A DNA stretch of 64,000 bases, taken from NCBI GenBank assembly GCA_031962025.1, contig JAVRKW010000001.1; one strand, 5' to 3'. The stretch comes from Pseudothermotoga sp. GTDB lineage: Bacteria > Thermotogota > Thermotogae > Thermotogales > DSM-5069. Shown in pieces: positions 62,652 to 64,000 of the stretch. Below the pieces are notes generated by a model that saw nothing but the letters and a program-made list of their open reading frames with translations, did no database searches and was not told the origin of the DNA. Made by a program: the position numbers and the translations under genes. The number at the start of each line of letters is the position of its first letter. Positions within the stretch are counted from its first letter, which is position 1.

Positions 62652-63281
62652 ATGGACTTTTCGCTTTTACAGGAACTGATGAAAATAAAAGACCAGGCAC
62701 AGAAACTGGTTGAAGAAAGGTTCAGAGAATTCAAATCACTCGGTGAGAATGGCTCAGAGGAGGATTTATTCAGCGAACTGTGCTTTTGTGTTCTCACTGC
62801 CAATTGGAGTGCACAGGGAGGGATCAAAGCACAGCAGTTGATTGGAGCCAGTGGATTTTTGAATTTGCCCCAGTCTGATCTTGAAGCACTTTTGGAAAAA
62901 GTGGGGCACAGGTATCCAAATGCAAGGGCTTCTTACATTGTAAGGAATCGAGAATTATTCGGTAATTTGAAAGCGATCATCAAACTGGATCCATTCACCG
63001 CAAGAGAATGGTTAGTTAAGAATGCTTTTGGCATTGGTTTTAAGGAAGCAAGCCATTTTTTGAGAAATGTGGGTGTGGAAGAACTTGCCATTTTGGATAG
63101 ACATGTTCTTTCGCTCATGAAAAAATACGGGATCATAGATCAAATCCCAAAATCGATTACCAGATCACGTTACCTGCTCTATGAAAATCAATTGAAGAAA
63201 GTTGCCGATCAGTTCGGTGAACCACCAGGGAAGTTGGATTTATATCTGTGGTATCTTGTAAAAGGAAAGGTGGAAAAATAG
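62652..63281 (+). CDS. ogg: 8-oxoguanine DNA glycosylase/AP lyase (Ogg2 type)
   Basis: ELCFCVLTAN, GIGFKEASHFLRNVG, AILDRH, DLYLWY...GKVEK. Confidence 0.9.
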   Translation: MDFSLLQELMKIKDQAQKLVEERFREFKSLGENGSEEDLFSELCFCVLTANWSAQGGIKAQQLIGASGFLNLPQSDLEALLEKVGHRYPNARASYIVRNRELFGNLKAIIKLDPFTAREWLVKNAFGIGFKEASHFLRNVGVEELAILDRHVLSLMKKYGIIDQIPKSITRSRYLLYENQLKKVADQFGEPPGKLDLYLWYLVKGKVEK

Positions 63282-63293
63282 GAGGTGTGTTAA

Positions 63294-64000
<707 letters not shown>

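Overview
Bacterial chromosomal window, most likely from the Thermotogae (Pseudothermotoga-like). This assignment is inferred from protein style, gene order and the tmRNA tag, not from a database search. 1-7.9 kb is a compositionally distinct, CTAG-rich accessory catabolic operon: IclR, DUF917, a family-5 ABC transporter and a nitroreductase. It lies upstream of tRNA-Ala(GGC). The rest is mostly core genome: eno, pyrH, a DUF2089/DUF4097/DUF2207 envelope cluster, a two-TolC MacAB-type exporter ending at ssrA, livKHMGF, ispD, rpmH-rnpA-yidD-yidC-jag, clpC-radA-disA, rpsT, metK, miaA-hfq-hflX, hslVU, WecA plus a giant O-antigen-ligase-like gene, coaX, a B12-radical SAM gene, infB, a Fur-family regulator, ogg and the 5' part of gltX. 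The ORF track misses rpmH, the nitroreductase, gltX, both RNA genes and a chemoreceptor remnant. The strongest direct observation is a decaying signalling operon: chemoreceptor tail, degV, a periplasmic binding protein broken by an exact 7-bp duplication, and an HD-GYP phosphodiesterase. Also notable are an apparently barrel-less TolC paralog and several membrane proteins with very large extracytoplasmic insertions. No CRISPR array, transposase or integrase was seen.
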